From contig OX597819.1 in assembly GCA_951406725.2 (NCBI GenBank), positions 105,524,001 to 105,588,000 on the forward strand: DNA of 64,000 bases, in the 5' to 3' direction. Below, piece after piece: positions 38,811 through 51,390 of this stretch (the first letter of the stretch is position 1; each line of letters opens with the position of its first letter). The translations under genes and the position numbers were made by a program. This DNA is from Octopus vulgaris. Its lineage: Eukaryota. The notes under the pieces were generated by a model. The model did not search any database. It worked only from the letters and a program-made list of their open reading frames with translations, and was not told the DNA's origin.

Positions 38811-40153
38811 TATATGCATTCATTTAATCTATTTATGGCTGGTCCCTTTTAGTTAACAACATGAGTCAATGAGAAGTTCCCTACGTGGTCCGAGCAACAT
38901 GCTCCAAATAGTAGTTACATATATTTTTCTGATGTTATACATTTCCTATTGGAAAAGAAAGGCACGCTGGATGATATGGTTCTCGGTGCATTGTGCCCTG
39001 TGTCTAGGAAAAGTACGGCTAGGATGCATCTCATAGTGTTCGATTGGAGCTCGAAATACTAGAAATAAGCCGGAATATAACTGACGTTAAAGTATACACA
39101 GGTAGAAAGACAATGATTTAGAACATATAGGAATTTTCTCGTCTAAATTCAAGGGAAAATTTGACTCATTTTAAAAATTTTGCGGGGAGCTGGGGGTTGA
39201 GATCGTGGCATAAGGAGTCCACTAATCAGATGGAGTGTTGCAAAAAAAAAAACAACAACAAAAAAACAAAAAAAAAAACACAACGGATAAGGGTACCCAA
39301 ATGTAGTTCATGTATTATGAAGCTGAAAATATGAATACTACCTGCAACAAATGAGCAGAAACCTTGTTTTTTATTGCCTGCATATAAAATCCTCTAAACA
39401 TCCATGTCCTCTCCAAATCTATCTTCTCCCTATTGGCACTCCCTCTACCTTTTCTTTTTCTCCTTCCTCCCTGCTCCGTCTCTTCATTTCACTTTCCTTT
39501 TCCACAAATTAGCATTACGCCATTATACACAAACATCACGGCGCTATTACTATCCTCAACATACTAATATCACCACCATCACATTCTTCTCACTACATAC
39601 TACCCCTTAACCTATACTCAAACTATGGAAAAACCCTAACTCATTCCTTAATCATGCCTTGGAAAAGTGGTAATCTGCCCCATTAACCATTCCTCTAACA
39701 TTTGCCTGCATGCTGTAGTCAACAAAATATTTCTTCCATAGATTTTGAATTAGTAGGAATTACCAGATATTGTCCAATTCAGCTAAAGATAGAGATCAGT
39801 CGGGTTTGCATAGTAAGCATAATGAAATACCTTGACAGTGTGCTCGTTGGCTTTCAACAGGTCGACTCCAAAAACGATCCAAAGAAGCACTCGAACGGAC
39901 AATTACACTATAAGACTTCAAGAAATTGCATAGCATCTCTTGAACAATAACGGTTCAAAAGAGTAACGCTCGTGTATATTATAACACAGAAAAGCCAGGA
40001 AGCCAAACAACTGCACCACATTTCTTTAAAGGTGAATATTAAATAACATTTATTTCTTTACTACTCACAAGGGGCTAAACACAGAGAGGACAAACAAGGA
40101 CAGACAAACACAAAATACAGCAAACTGAATACGTTTCCGGAGTTGATTACAAT

Positions 40154-40518
40154 GGAAGCACTCCGTCGGTTACGACGATGAGGGTTCCGGTTGATCCGAA
40201 TCAACGGAACAGCCTGCTCGTGAAATTAACGTGTAAGTGGCTGAACACTCCACAGACACGTGTACCCTTATTCAGCGTGACACAGAGAGAGACAAGGCCG
40301 GCACCTTGAAATACAGGTAGAACAGAAACAGGAAGTAAGAGTGAGAGAAAGTTGTGGTGAAAGAGTACAGTAGGGATCACCACCATCCCCTGCCAGAGCC
40401 TCGTGGAGCTTTAGGTGTTTTCGCTCAATAAACACTCACAACGCCCGGTCTGGGAATCGAAACCGCGATCCTATGACCGCGAGTCCGCTGCCCTAACCAC
40501 TGGGCCATTGCGCCTCCA
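40154..40518 (-). mobile_element. SINE family C, CpG-rich, between 47-bp direct repeats
   Basis: Head ggaggcgcaatggcccagtggttagggcagcggac. Identical 47-mers at 40107-40153 and 40552-40598. Confidence 0.85.
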
Positions 40519-41528
40519 CAATCAGAATGTTGTGAGCTGAGTGTAAGCCATAACACAAAATACAGCAAACTGAATACGTTTCCGGAGTTGATTACAATAC
40601 TTGTCATATGAATCAAAAAAATATTAATCCATGAATAGCATTGTTTCATTCCTCACCACATCATTAGTTCTTATCGAGATATTTAATACTTCCAGCATTA
40701 TAGAGGCTATCACTCACTCTACTATATTTTGTAGGAATGTTTTGAATGTTGACCAAAAACTTTTATACACTCTGGAAATTGATTTTTTTCTTTTTACAAC
40801 TTCGGTATCAATAAATAAAGCGGAAATAATATAATAGGATCGACCTTATAAATGCTAATCTTTTACCTATCTTAATGAAATCGCTATGTACATTGAAGAA
40901 AGACAGCAACGAAATAACTTATGTCCGAGCTACTAAAACGTTTTATTCGCAGACCGTAAATCTTTATTTGGAAAAGTTCGTGATTTTCATTTTGAGCCGA
41001 TTGGATTCCAGCAACATAAAATGAAGTGCTTTATTCGAGGACACAAGGAGCCATGAAGCGTACACATACCTTATGATCGTGGGTTCTACACCGTAACCAC
41101 TTAAACCTATTAGTACTCACATCCATCCGTTCATACAGGTACATACACATATTGTATATACATACAATAGGCGCATGGCTCAGTGGTTAGAGCGTCGAGC
41201 TTACGATCGTGAGGTTGTGAGCTCGAATCCCGGACCGGGCTGCGTGTTGTGTTCTCGAGCAAGGCACTTTATTTCACGTTGCTCCAGTTCACTCAGCTGT
41301 AGAAATGAGTTGCGACGTCATGGGTGCCAAACTGTATCGACCTTTGTCTTTCCCTTGGATAACACTGGTGGCGTGGAGAGGGGAGGCTGGTATGCATGGG
41401 CGACTGCTGGCCTTCCATAAACAACCTTGCCCGGACTTGTATCTAGGAAGGTAACTTTCTAGGTGCAATCCCATGGTCATTCATGACCGAAGGGGGTCTT
41501 TACCCCTTTATATACATACATGTGTGTG

Positions 41529-41571
<43 letters not shown>

Positions 41572-41793
41572 CCTTTTATTCCTGTGGTCTTTTATTTGCT
41601 TCAGTCATTTGACTGCAGCCACGCTGGACAACTAACTTTAATCGAAGAAATCGACCCCCAAGGCTTATTCTTCGTAAGCCTAGTACTTATTCTATAGGTC
41701 TCTTTTGCCGAACCGCTAAGTTACAGGGACGTAGACACGCCAACATCGGTTGTCAAGCGATGGTGAGGGGACAAACAGACAAACATACACGCA

Positions 41794-41845
<52 letters not shown>

Positions 41846-41848
41846 AAC

Positions 41849-41913
<65 letters not shown>

Positions 41914-42151
41914 CCTGCATATGCATAGCACGAGTTTGCGGTTTACTGCAGGCACATGATTTGATTCCCATAGGTAATGTTACAACATTCGCTGTTCTCT
42001 ATATCGAGTATCTTGGTGCACTGAGATCTCGTTGGGAAGCCGTTCCTATTAGGAAACCTAGATTGGTAGCTTAAAGCCGTTAATTTGGATTATTGAATTT
42101 GTATTATTCCCTTGTTGTAGTGGCAGCAAAGTAGTAATTCTCGTAAGTGAA

Positions 42152-42211
<60 letters not shown>

Positions 42212-42422
42212 GTGACAAATCTAGTATATTTAAACTAATATATAGGCACAGGCAAGGCTGTAGGGTAAGAAGTTTGCTTTCCAGCCATATGATTTCGGGT
42301 TCAATGCTACTGCGTAGCACCTGGGTTCAGTCCTACTACGGGGGCAAGTGCCTTCTACTAAAACCCAGGGCCAATTAAAACCTGTGTATGTATGTATGTA
42401 TGTATGTATGTATGTATGTATG

Positions 42423-42453
<31 letters not shown>

Positions 42454-42469
42454 TAATGTAAATAATATA

Positions 42470-42830
42470 TAAATATATGCATATATACATACATATATGT
42501 ACATACCTACATATATATGTATATATACATGCATATATTGGTACAGGATCCCCCCTCCAAAAAAAGGGTTGAACACATTGAGAAACGAAAACATAAAAAC
42601 AAAAACATAGAAACGAACTTTTTTTTAAACAACGAAAAAAACCCCCCAGAGAAACGAGACATACAACATATAGAATATTCCTCTTCTTTAGTTGTCCCTC
42701 TTTCATCTAATCCGCTTTCCGAAGGTAAGGACAAGACGCGACTTCTTTGAAACAGTCCTTTCCACAAAGCAAATTAAATAAAATTTGGGATTTTTTGCGG
42801 AGTGGGAAAGTGGTAACAAGAACAGGACAG
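42470..42830. mobile_element. Unclassified non-coding repeat in a microsatellite (second copy about 53445-53790)
   Basis: Both copies share gagaaacgaaaacataaaa, ttcctcttctt.ag.tg.ccct, cgaaggtaagg, cagtcctt and aattaaataaa...ttttgcggag. Confidence 0.7.
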
Positions 42831-43004
42831 TGATGTGTGTGTGTGTGTGTGTGTATGTATGTGTGTATGTATGTATGTATGTATGTATGTATGTATGTAT
42901 GTATGTATGTGTGCATGTGTGTGTGTGTGTGTGTTCCACCGCTTGACAAACGGTATTGATTTCTTAATGTCCCAGCACCTTAGCAGTTCGACTAAAGAAA
43001 CCAA

Positions 43005-43232
43005 TTTCTTTACTACCCACAAGGGGCTAAACACAGAGAGGACAAACAAGGACAGACAAACGGATTAAGTCGATTACATCGACCCCAGTGCGTAACTGGT
43101 ACTTAATTTATCGACCCTGAAAGGATGAAAGGCGAAGTCGACCTCGGCGGAATTTGAACTCAGAACTTAGCGGCAGACGAAATACCGCTAAGCATTTCGC
43201 CCGGCGCGTTAACGTTTCTGCCAGCTCGCCGC
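43005..43232 (-). mobile_element. Near-consensus family B SINE nested in the 3' half of a family A SINE
   Basis: Flanked by an actaaagaaacc duplication (about 42991-43002 and 43234-43245). Confidence 0.85.
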
Positions 43233-43555
43233 CACTAAAGAAACCGGTAGAATAAGTACCAAACTTAAAAATTAGTACTGGGGTTATTTGTTTGACCAAA
43301 TCCCTCATGGCGGTACTCCAGCATGGCTGCAGTCCAATAACGGAAACAAGCAAAAGATAAATGCAAAAAGTAAATTTTTTTAACGCCTACGCAGTGGAAT
43401 TTTGTGGTTATTGTCACTGTATGCCGAAATCTTGAAAAAAAAAAACAGAAACATTTTTAATGTATCATATAGATATAATTTTTGATGCTGAATCCAAATT
43501 TGTTATTCATTTATTCCAGAAAAAAATTGCGAAAATGTTACAGGTGTTCAAAGTG

Positions 43556-43945
43556 TACTCTTTTACTCTTTTACTTGTTTCAGTCATTTGACTGTGGCCA
43601 TGCTGGAGCAAATCGACCCCAGGACTTATTCTTTGTAAGCCTAGTACTTATTCTATCGGGGTCTTTTGCCGAACCGCTAAGTTACGGAGACGTAAACACA
43701 CCAGCATCGGTTGTCAAGTGATGTTTTTTTTTGGCGGGGGAACAAACATATACTCACATACACACACACACATATATATATACATATACGACGGGCTTCT
43801 TCCAGTTTCCCTCTATCAAATCCACTCACAAGGCTTTGGTCGGGGTAAGGCTATAGTAGAAGACACTTGCCCTAAGTACCATGCAGTGGGACTGAACCCA
43901 TGACTATGTGGTTGGTAAGCAAGCTACTTACCACACAGCCACTCC
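43556..43945 (-). mobile_element. SINE family A, full length
   Basis: Near-consensus. Similar copies at 36720-37055(-), 48160-48597(-), 57612-57995(+), 58990-59452(-) and 62022-62290(+). Confidence 0.85.
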
Positions 43946-44449
43946 TTTTCTAACAAATCATACAGATCTGAAAAAATTAATAAACATGAAAGCGGAAAAA
44001 ATTAATAAATATGGAAACTGAAAAAAAATTAAGCATATTCCTGAATCCGAAATAGTTTTATAGTAAATCATACCATGCCTATTGAGGAGGCCAAACGACA
44101 ACAATGTGTTGAAGTATTGAATTAAAAGGATCTAACGCTTTTAATCCCATCTCTTATCGCCATATTAACTCAATTTTTTTAAAGAAGGTGAGATAACCAA
44201 AAAGTACCAATTCGCGAGCAAATTAAATATTTAAAAGCTACGAGTAAACCAACGGGAGTTGCTAGAAATAAGAGTCAAAACATTAAAATATACACGAGTA
44301 AAGCAAACAGGGAAAACAGCGAAAAACATTAAAACATTCGCGAGTAAATTAAATATTTAAAAGCTACGAGCAAACTAGCACGAGTTGCTAGAAATAACAG
44401 TGAAAACATTGCTTAAAACAGACATTTATTAGTTTAAAAAATTCAAGAA

Positions 44450-44750
44450 AGAAAGTTTGTAATACACTCTAGGATTTCATGAAATAAATTATCTTTCTTA
44501 TTTCTCCTTCTCCACATAAATTTACGAAGATAAGAGTCAACCATGGAACGGTGTGTCCCACACCGGCGTTTGTTTCCACACTTTAAAGATGCCCACGTAC
44601 TCTGAAATTGTTAAGTTTATAAATTCAGTGCTATGATTCACAGTTTTATATTTGAAATCATAGCCCCCGATTTCTGGGATATGATTATAAGCACGCCACA
44701 GGTCACTGATGATAGTGGTTCCTGGAATAACTGAGTGTCGTATGCAGACC
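44450..44750 (-). mobile_element. Merlin (IS1595/ISXO2-like DDE) transposase remnant
   Basis: VIPGTTIISDLWRAYNHI...YKTVNHSTEFIN, then after a deletion/frameshift STWASLK..NKRRCGTHRSMVDSYLRKFMWRRR. Confidence 0.8.
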
Positions 44751-45705
44751 TTGTTTACATTCCTTGTGCGCATGCGCAGCATCCTTGGTTACTATGGAAA
44801 CAGAGTTCTTCGCAATCAACTATGGAACAATTTGCTAACTATGCTAACAAAACTTCACGGTGATGTGTAAAATACCCAAATTTTGCAAAATTTAAAGGCT
44901 AATAACTTTTTAATTATGAATGTACACGAAAAATTAATTTCATTTTCATAATTAGTATACAAAACTGAATCCATATACCAAATTTGAAAGCAATTGGAAC
45001 AAAATTGTAGACAGAGACAACCACAAAGATCACACAGTAGAATGTAAGCACATCTAGAAAAATCTTGCTAATTTTCTCACACTGAGAAAAATAAATGAGA
45101 TTATACTGGCATGTTTCGGTGTTATTGGGTACTCGTTAGGTGATGTATACCTCTCATTCTTTTGCCCAGAAAGAGAATTTGTAGATATCACTATTTAAAC
45201 CAAACACATACTAGATACTAACTTAAAGGACTAGACTCAGTCGTTTCTCACACTGAGAAAAATAAATGAGATTATACTGGCATGTTTCGGTGTTATTGGG
45301 TACACATACTAGATACTAACTTAAAGGACTAGACTCAGTCGTTGATGTGTATAAGTAATGGTTAAAAACCGTAATTTTATACAAAAATACAGTGAAATAG
45401 GCTCAGATTTTTGTTTGACTTAAATAGCGACTACTGTTAGTTTTCAGCGAGTTGCAGAATGAGGTACTTATACTCTGTCGAGTAGACATAAAACATGTCA
45501 GAATAATTTTCTTTATTTTATTTCTGTGGAGAGAAAGAATAAAACATATTCAAATCTGTTTACATTCCACAGTAGAGACGTTAAAACTGCAATTAACTAC
45601 ATCTAAAATAACTGCATTAAAATAACCTTAGATTTTCCTAATACACGTTGTTTGTGCAGAAAGTTATACGTGCATACTAAAACACAAAACTATGAGTGCG
45701 CGTAT

Positions 45706-45746
<41 letters not shown>

Positions 45747-45954
45747 AGTGTGTATGAAAAAGTGAAGAAAGACCTTTCCGACAATCATTTTCCACTTTAG
45801 TGATTAAATGTTTACAAACCTTCGTTTTGCAAACATCTAATCATTAAAGTGAAAAATAATTGTCATTCTTCTTCACTTTTTCAAATATAAACTACTGTAG
45901 CAAAGATTTTTCTATACATACATACATACATACATACATACATACATACATACA

Positions 45955-45987
<33 letters not shown>

Positions 45988-46045
45988 GTACATACATATA
46001 TATACACACATATATACAAACACACATATATATGTATGGATATAT

Positions 46046-46113
<68 letters not shown>

Positions 46114-46213
46114 AGAGTTTACGAAAAAAAAAAAAGACGAAGACAGATGGTGTACAAAACAAACAGATGTATTAGTATAACGCTCAGGAATAGAAAAAGG
46201 CTTTTACGTTTCG

Positions 46214-46263
<50 letters not shown>

Positions 46264-46820
46264 CAAAGTATTCTATAATTATATACATAATTATAATAAG
46301 GGGTCATCCAAGTGCTTCGCCACAAACTGCATTAGAAAGAGAGACGCTAATGTCTTTTCAACTACCAAAAAATCTCCGAGACAATAACACACATTCGAAT
46401 GTAAGTAAAAAGAAAAATGATGAATCCTTACGACCGCGGTTATTTACAGACGCACTTCGAACTTAAAGTAAAACATATTTACCTATTGTTCTTTTCAGTG
46501 TAATATTCCAAATATGTGAGTGTTAGGATGAAATATGTACGCGATCAAGCGTCTTCGCATAACTAATATTCAACCGCAGTCCCAAAAGTACACAGCCGAA
46601 TGTGATACATATTTATCTTTTATACTCACGTGTGTGCTACGACCCATACTTACCATACAACCAGAAATGGCTCTGTGGTAAGTAGCTTGCTTACCAAACA
46701 CATGGTTCCGGGTTCAGTCCCATTGCGTGGCACCTTGGGCAAGTGTCTTCTACTATAGCCTCGAGCTGACCAAAGCCTTGTGTGTGGATTTGGTAGACGG
46801 AAACTGAAAGAAGCCCGTAG

Positions 46821-46851
<31 letters not shown>

Positions 46852-46875
46852 ATATATATATATATATATATATAT

Positions 46876-47186
46876 AAATCCTTAAATCCTTAAAAATGTT
46901 TTAGCCCGAAGGCCGCGGCCATGCTGGGGCACCACCGCTGAATGAGCTACACTAGTTTGTGAATCCACCTCTGATACGTGGCACTTGATCAACAAGGGAG
47001 TTCGATGCTGCTGCCCGCATCCGCGTCTCCTGTCGTGAGGTAGGTTCATCTGGGACTCCCAACAAGAAGAGATCCAGTTTAGTTTTAAAGAAACCCACAT
47101 CCACACCATGTAAGTCTCTCAGGCATTTAGGGAGGATGTTAAAGAGCTGTGGTCCTCTGAAACCCAAGCTGTTGCAGTATCTGGAC
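46876..47186 (-). mobile_element. 5'-truncated CR1/Jockey-group LINE 3' end
   Basis: SLGFRGPQLFNILPKCLRDLHGVDVGFFKTKLDLFLLGVPDEP...SNSLVDQ, a short 3'UTR and an (aaggattt)2 tail. Inserted in the (TA)n of a split family A SINE (46667-46818 and 47500-47685). Confidence 0.75.
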
Positions 47187-47370
47187 CTGTATTTTGATGG
47201 TGATGTTGGAATATATATATATATATATATATATCAGCCGAAATTGCGAGGATGATCCGGCTCTTGACTGAAGATTGAAGGCTTCTAATGTCCCGTCCGT
47301 GTTTTTTGTATCGTCTTCTAAATGTTTTGTGTTCTTGTCCCAGTTTGTATTTTTTTACATATACATATAT

Positions 47371-47463
<93 letters not shown>

Positions 47464-48386
47464 TGTGTGTGTGTGCGTGTGTGCGCGCGCGCGTGTGTGT
47501 AGTGTCTGTGTTTGTTCCCCCACTATCATTTGACAACCGACGGTGGCGTGTCCAGTTCGGCAAAAGAGGCCGATCGAATAAGTACTAGGCTTACAAAGAA
47601 TAAGTCCTGGGGTCAATTTGTTCGACTAAAGGCGGTGCTCCAGCATGGCCGTAGTCAAATGACTGAAACAAATAAAAGAATAAAAGAATATACATAAGTA
47701 TATATAGGTCGTTTGGGCTAAATTTTACCATTTTTTGTCGCCTTTTTTCAGGAATAGTTTGATGTATTGGCGAATAGTCAACTGCGTTGGAGAGCATAAA
47801 GATTAAAGTTGTAATTGAGAAAAAGTTCCTAACGTTTTTTTTTTGATTTGGTTTTATTTTTGTTTTGATTCTGTCTTCTTCACTTTGTACTCGTGTCATT
47901 TACTCTTCCACCTTCTTTAAGAATTATATCTTAGCCTCACCATTGCAGCTTTACCAATCATACCTTAGTCCTATAATTTAAGACTATACTGTAGTCTTAG
48001 TCTTATCGTTACTTTACCTGTCATAGTTTATTTATAATCCCTGATTACTAGCTTTAATTATTACTGTTAACTGTTTATATATACATGAATTTGGTGTAAA
48101 TATATAGATGTTGATATTTCAAGGTTTAAAATAACTAGTAGTGCCCTAGCAGCCTTTTGACTTACTCTTTTACTCTTTTACTTGTTTCAATCATTTGACT
48201 GTGGCCATGCTGGAGTACCGCCTTTAGTCGAGCAAATCAACCCCAGGACTTATTCTTTGTAAGCCTGGTACTTATTCTATCGGTCTCTTTTGCCGAACCG
48301 CTAAGTTACGGGGACGTAAAAACATCAGCATCGGTTGTCAAGCGATGTTGGAGGGGGGGGGCAAACACAGACACACAAACATATAC

Positions 48387-48449
<63 letters not shown>

Positions 48450-49117
48450 CGGTGGGCTTCTTTCAGTTTCTGTCTACCAAATCCACTCACAAGGCTTTGG
48501 TTGGCCCGAGACTATAGTAGAAGACACTTGCCCAAGGTGTCACGCAGTGGGACTGAACCCGGAACCATGTGGTTGGTAAGCAAGCTACTACCACACACCT
48601 TGTTTACTTGCAAATATTTCCTCTTGACAATTTTTTTCAAAATAAAGTAGTAATCTCCAACAGTCCGCTACTGACCATAAGGAGGTTGTAGAGCATCACA
48701 TTTCTTTATTGAATGTCAATATTATTCATTCATGGTTAGAACCAACAATGGCTTAAAACTTATGGTTTAAAATAGATGTCCTAGTTCTATAAAAATTCCA
48801 CATTGACCAAATGTTTTCTCTTTTTTTCTTTTCTTTTTCCCTTTCTTTTCTTTGGTAGTTGGTTTGCTTCGGCTCTGAAAAAGATAGCTTTGGGTAGTGG
48901 TTCCCTATATTTTCCGTCAGTCACTTGATCAATTGACAAGATTGAACCAAGAGCGAATCCAAACGCGTATCAAAAAGCCTATAATAAATAAAAGTATGTA
49001 CGCCATTACTTCTGTCTATTTAATTAATATATACATACACACACATACATATATACATACATACGTATACATACATACATTCATACATACATACATATAT
49101 GTATATATATATATGTA

Positions 49118-49200
<83 letters not shown>

Positions 49201-49220
49201 ATATATATATATATATATAT

Positions 49221-49373
49221 AGGTGTGCTATGAGCATTTATAGAACATGTATTCTAGAGAAGATGTTAAAAATTTTATAAAATTTTATAGAACTTTTAAC
49301 ACCTCTTCTCCATCTTTAATCGTTTGTTGGGTTTCTATAGGATACATTTTCTATAAATACTCACAACACACCT
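49221..49373. mobile_element. Almost fully palindromic 153-bp MITE
   Basis: aggtgtgctatgagcatttatagaacatgtat / atacattttctataaatactcacaacacacct, with an inner palindrome centred on ataaaattttat. Confidence 0.75.
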
Positions 49374-49593
49374 TATACTTGTAACATTTTCATATTCGAA
49401 AAATACTTACAATAATAAGCTACCAATTTAATATGAAGAATCTTTATTAGAAATCTAACTTTGTAACCCCCAAAGTAAAGGATGAGACAGAACTCAACCT
49501 TTTCTCTCTCTCTCTCTCTCCCTCTCTCTCTCTCTCACACACACATATATTTATGTAGAGAGTTTTTAAAGTGATGTACAGATATTGTATATT

Positions 49594-49726
49594 GAGAATA
49601 AGGTATGTTGGATGATTATATATATTTTTTTATTTACACTTTTAGCGCTTCCTTCGGTTATCGGATTTATCAAAAAAGTGGTTTATAGAAAATTTGCTTA
49701 GCCTTTTTTATAAAATTGAAAGTGAT

Positions 49727-49796
<70 letters not shown>

Positions 49797-50798
49797 GAGA
49801 GAGAGGGGAAAAGAGAGGGGACAAGAGAGGAACAAGTTAGAAAGGAAGGTGCAGGGGTGAGAGAGAAGGAGAGGGTGGAAGATAGTGAAGATAGAGAAGA
49901 GGAAATAAAGTAGGAGTGTCTTAGTGGTTTGCAGAGGAAGGGAAAAGAAAGATGAAAATGTTTGAGAGGAAGGGGTAGGTGTGGCCTTTGATCAATCTTG
50001 CTTGATTCAATATGCTTTTTCTTTCAGTGACATTCTGGGTGGCGAAGGAAAAGAATTTTTTTATATTCAAGTGTTCAAAGTTTTTAATTGGAAGGACAGA
50101 TGTTGTTTTTGATCTTTTTCCAGTAAGAATTATAATTACATTTCAAGGCCTTGCTTTTTAAAATTCTTTTGTATTGATTAATGTAAGGGAGAGAGAATGG
50201 TTGTATGGATGTGGTAATTTTTTTTATTGAAATTCCAGATGTTGTTTTTGATTTAGCTGTGTATGGCTATGTTTTATAGAAGAGTGATTTTAAAGTAAGA
50301 ATAGGTATAATTTTAAATACAATCTGAAAATAAGTTTAAGCGTGGAAAAGTGTTTCTCAATTATAAATATGATTTGAATTTTAAAAAAAATCATAAATAT
50401 GATCTGCGTTCCTTGAAATTTCGTTATCCACATATTTCCAACATTTTGAATCAAGCAAGTTTGACCACACTAATACAAAAGCCACGCCTCTCACTCCCTC
50501 TTAGACTTTTTCTTCTTCCTTTTCCCTTCCTCTGCAAACCACCAAAACACTCCTACTTTCTTTTGTCTTCTCTATCTTCACTATCTCTCACTCTCTCTAA
50601 CTGCTGCACCTTCCTTTCTAATGCATTCTTCTCTTTCTCCCTCCCATCTCTTTCTAAAACATCATCATCTTCAATTTTATATAAAAGGGCCAAGAAAACT
50701 TACTATAAACCACTCTTTTAATAAATTCGATAACGGAAGAAAGCGCTAAAAATGTAAATAAATATATATATAATCAGCCAACATTCTGATTACCTTAT

Positions 50799-50803
<5 letters not shown>
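49594..50803 (-). mobile_element. Probable PLE remnant with inverted pseudo-LTRs
   Basis: Arms 49594-50014 and 50442-50803 are diverged reverse complements. Each carries a decayed hammerhead-like motif. The spacer is too decayed to translate reliably. Confidence 0.6.
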
Positions 50804-50874
<71 letters not shown>

Positions 50875-50970
50875 CTGGAAGCTTTATGAAAATAAACAAA
50901 AGACGAAGGCAGGTGGAATATAAACAAACAATTGTATTAGTATGGCGCTCAGGAATATAAATAAAACAAG

Positions 50971-51008
50971 TCTTTTACGTTTCGAGCCTACGCTCTTCAA
51001 CAGAAAGA
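50971..51008 (-). ncRNA. Minimal hammerhead-like motif with variant core
   Basis: Minus strand: ucuuu CUGUUGA a gagc guag gcuc GAAA cg UA aaaga, within repeat 50877-51078. Confidence 0.5.
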
Positions 51009-51099
51009 TACACAGAAAAGAAACACGGAGAGAAACAAGGAGAGAAAAAAAATGCGTGCAGAAGCTAGCGAATCAACATATATATATTTACACACACAC

Positions 51100-51166
<67 letters not shown>

Positions 51167-51390
51167 GGATAAATTATCCTAGCGGGTACCGAATAATTTC
51201 ATAAAATAGAGTAGATGCAGGCTATCTACAACAGTCCAATTATAATGTAATTGGACTGTTGTCCAATTACTATGTATTATTGCATAATACTCTGTATGTA
51301 ATAACTATGTAAAGGGATACTGGTACTTGTAAGCTTCACTTGTAGTTCCTTGTTCTTATTCATAACTGCAAATATTTCGTAGAGCATATA

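Noticed and set aside
40440-40518. tRNA genes at SINE heads (also 2040, 24894, 33891, 41170, 57612)
   Set aside because: A and B boxes are present, but the sequence runs directly into SINE bodies and no complete acceptor stem or terminator is evident.
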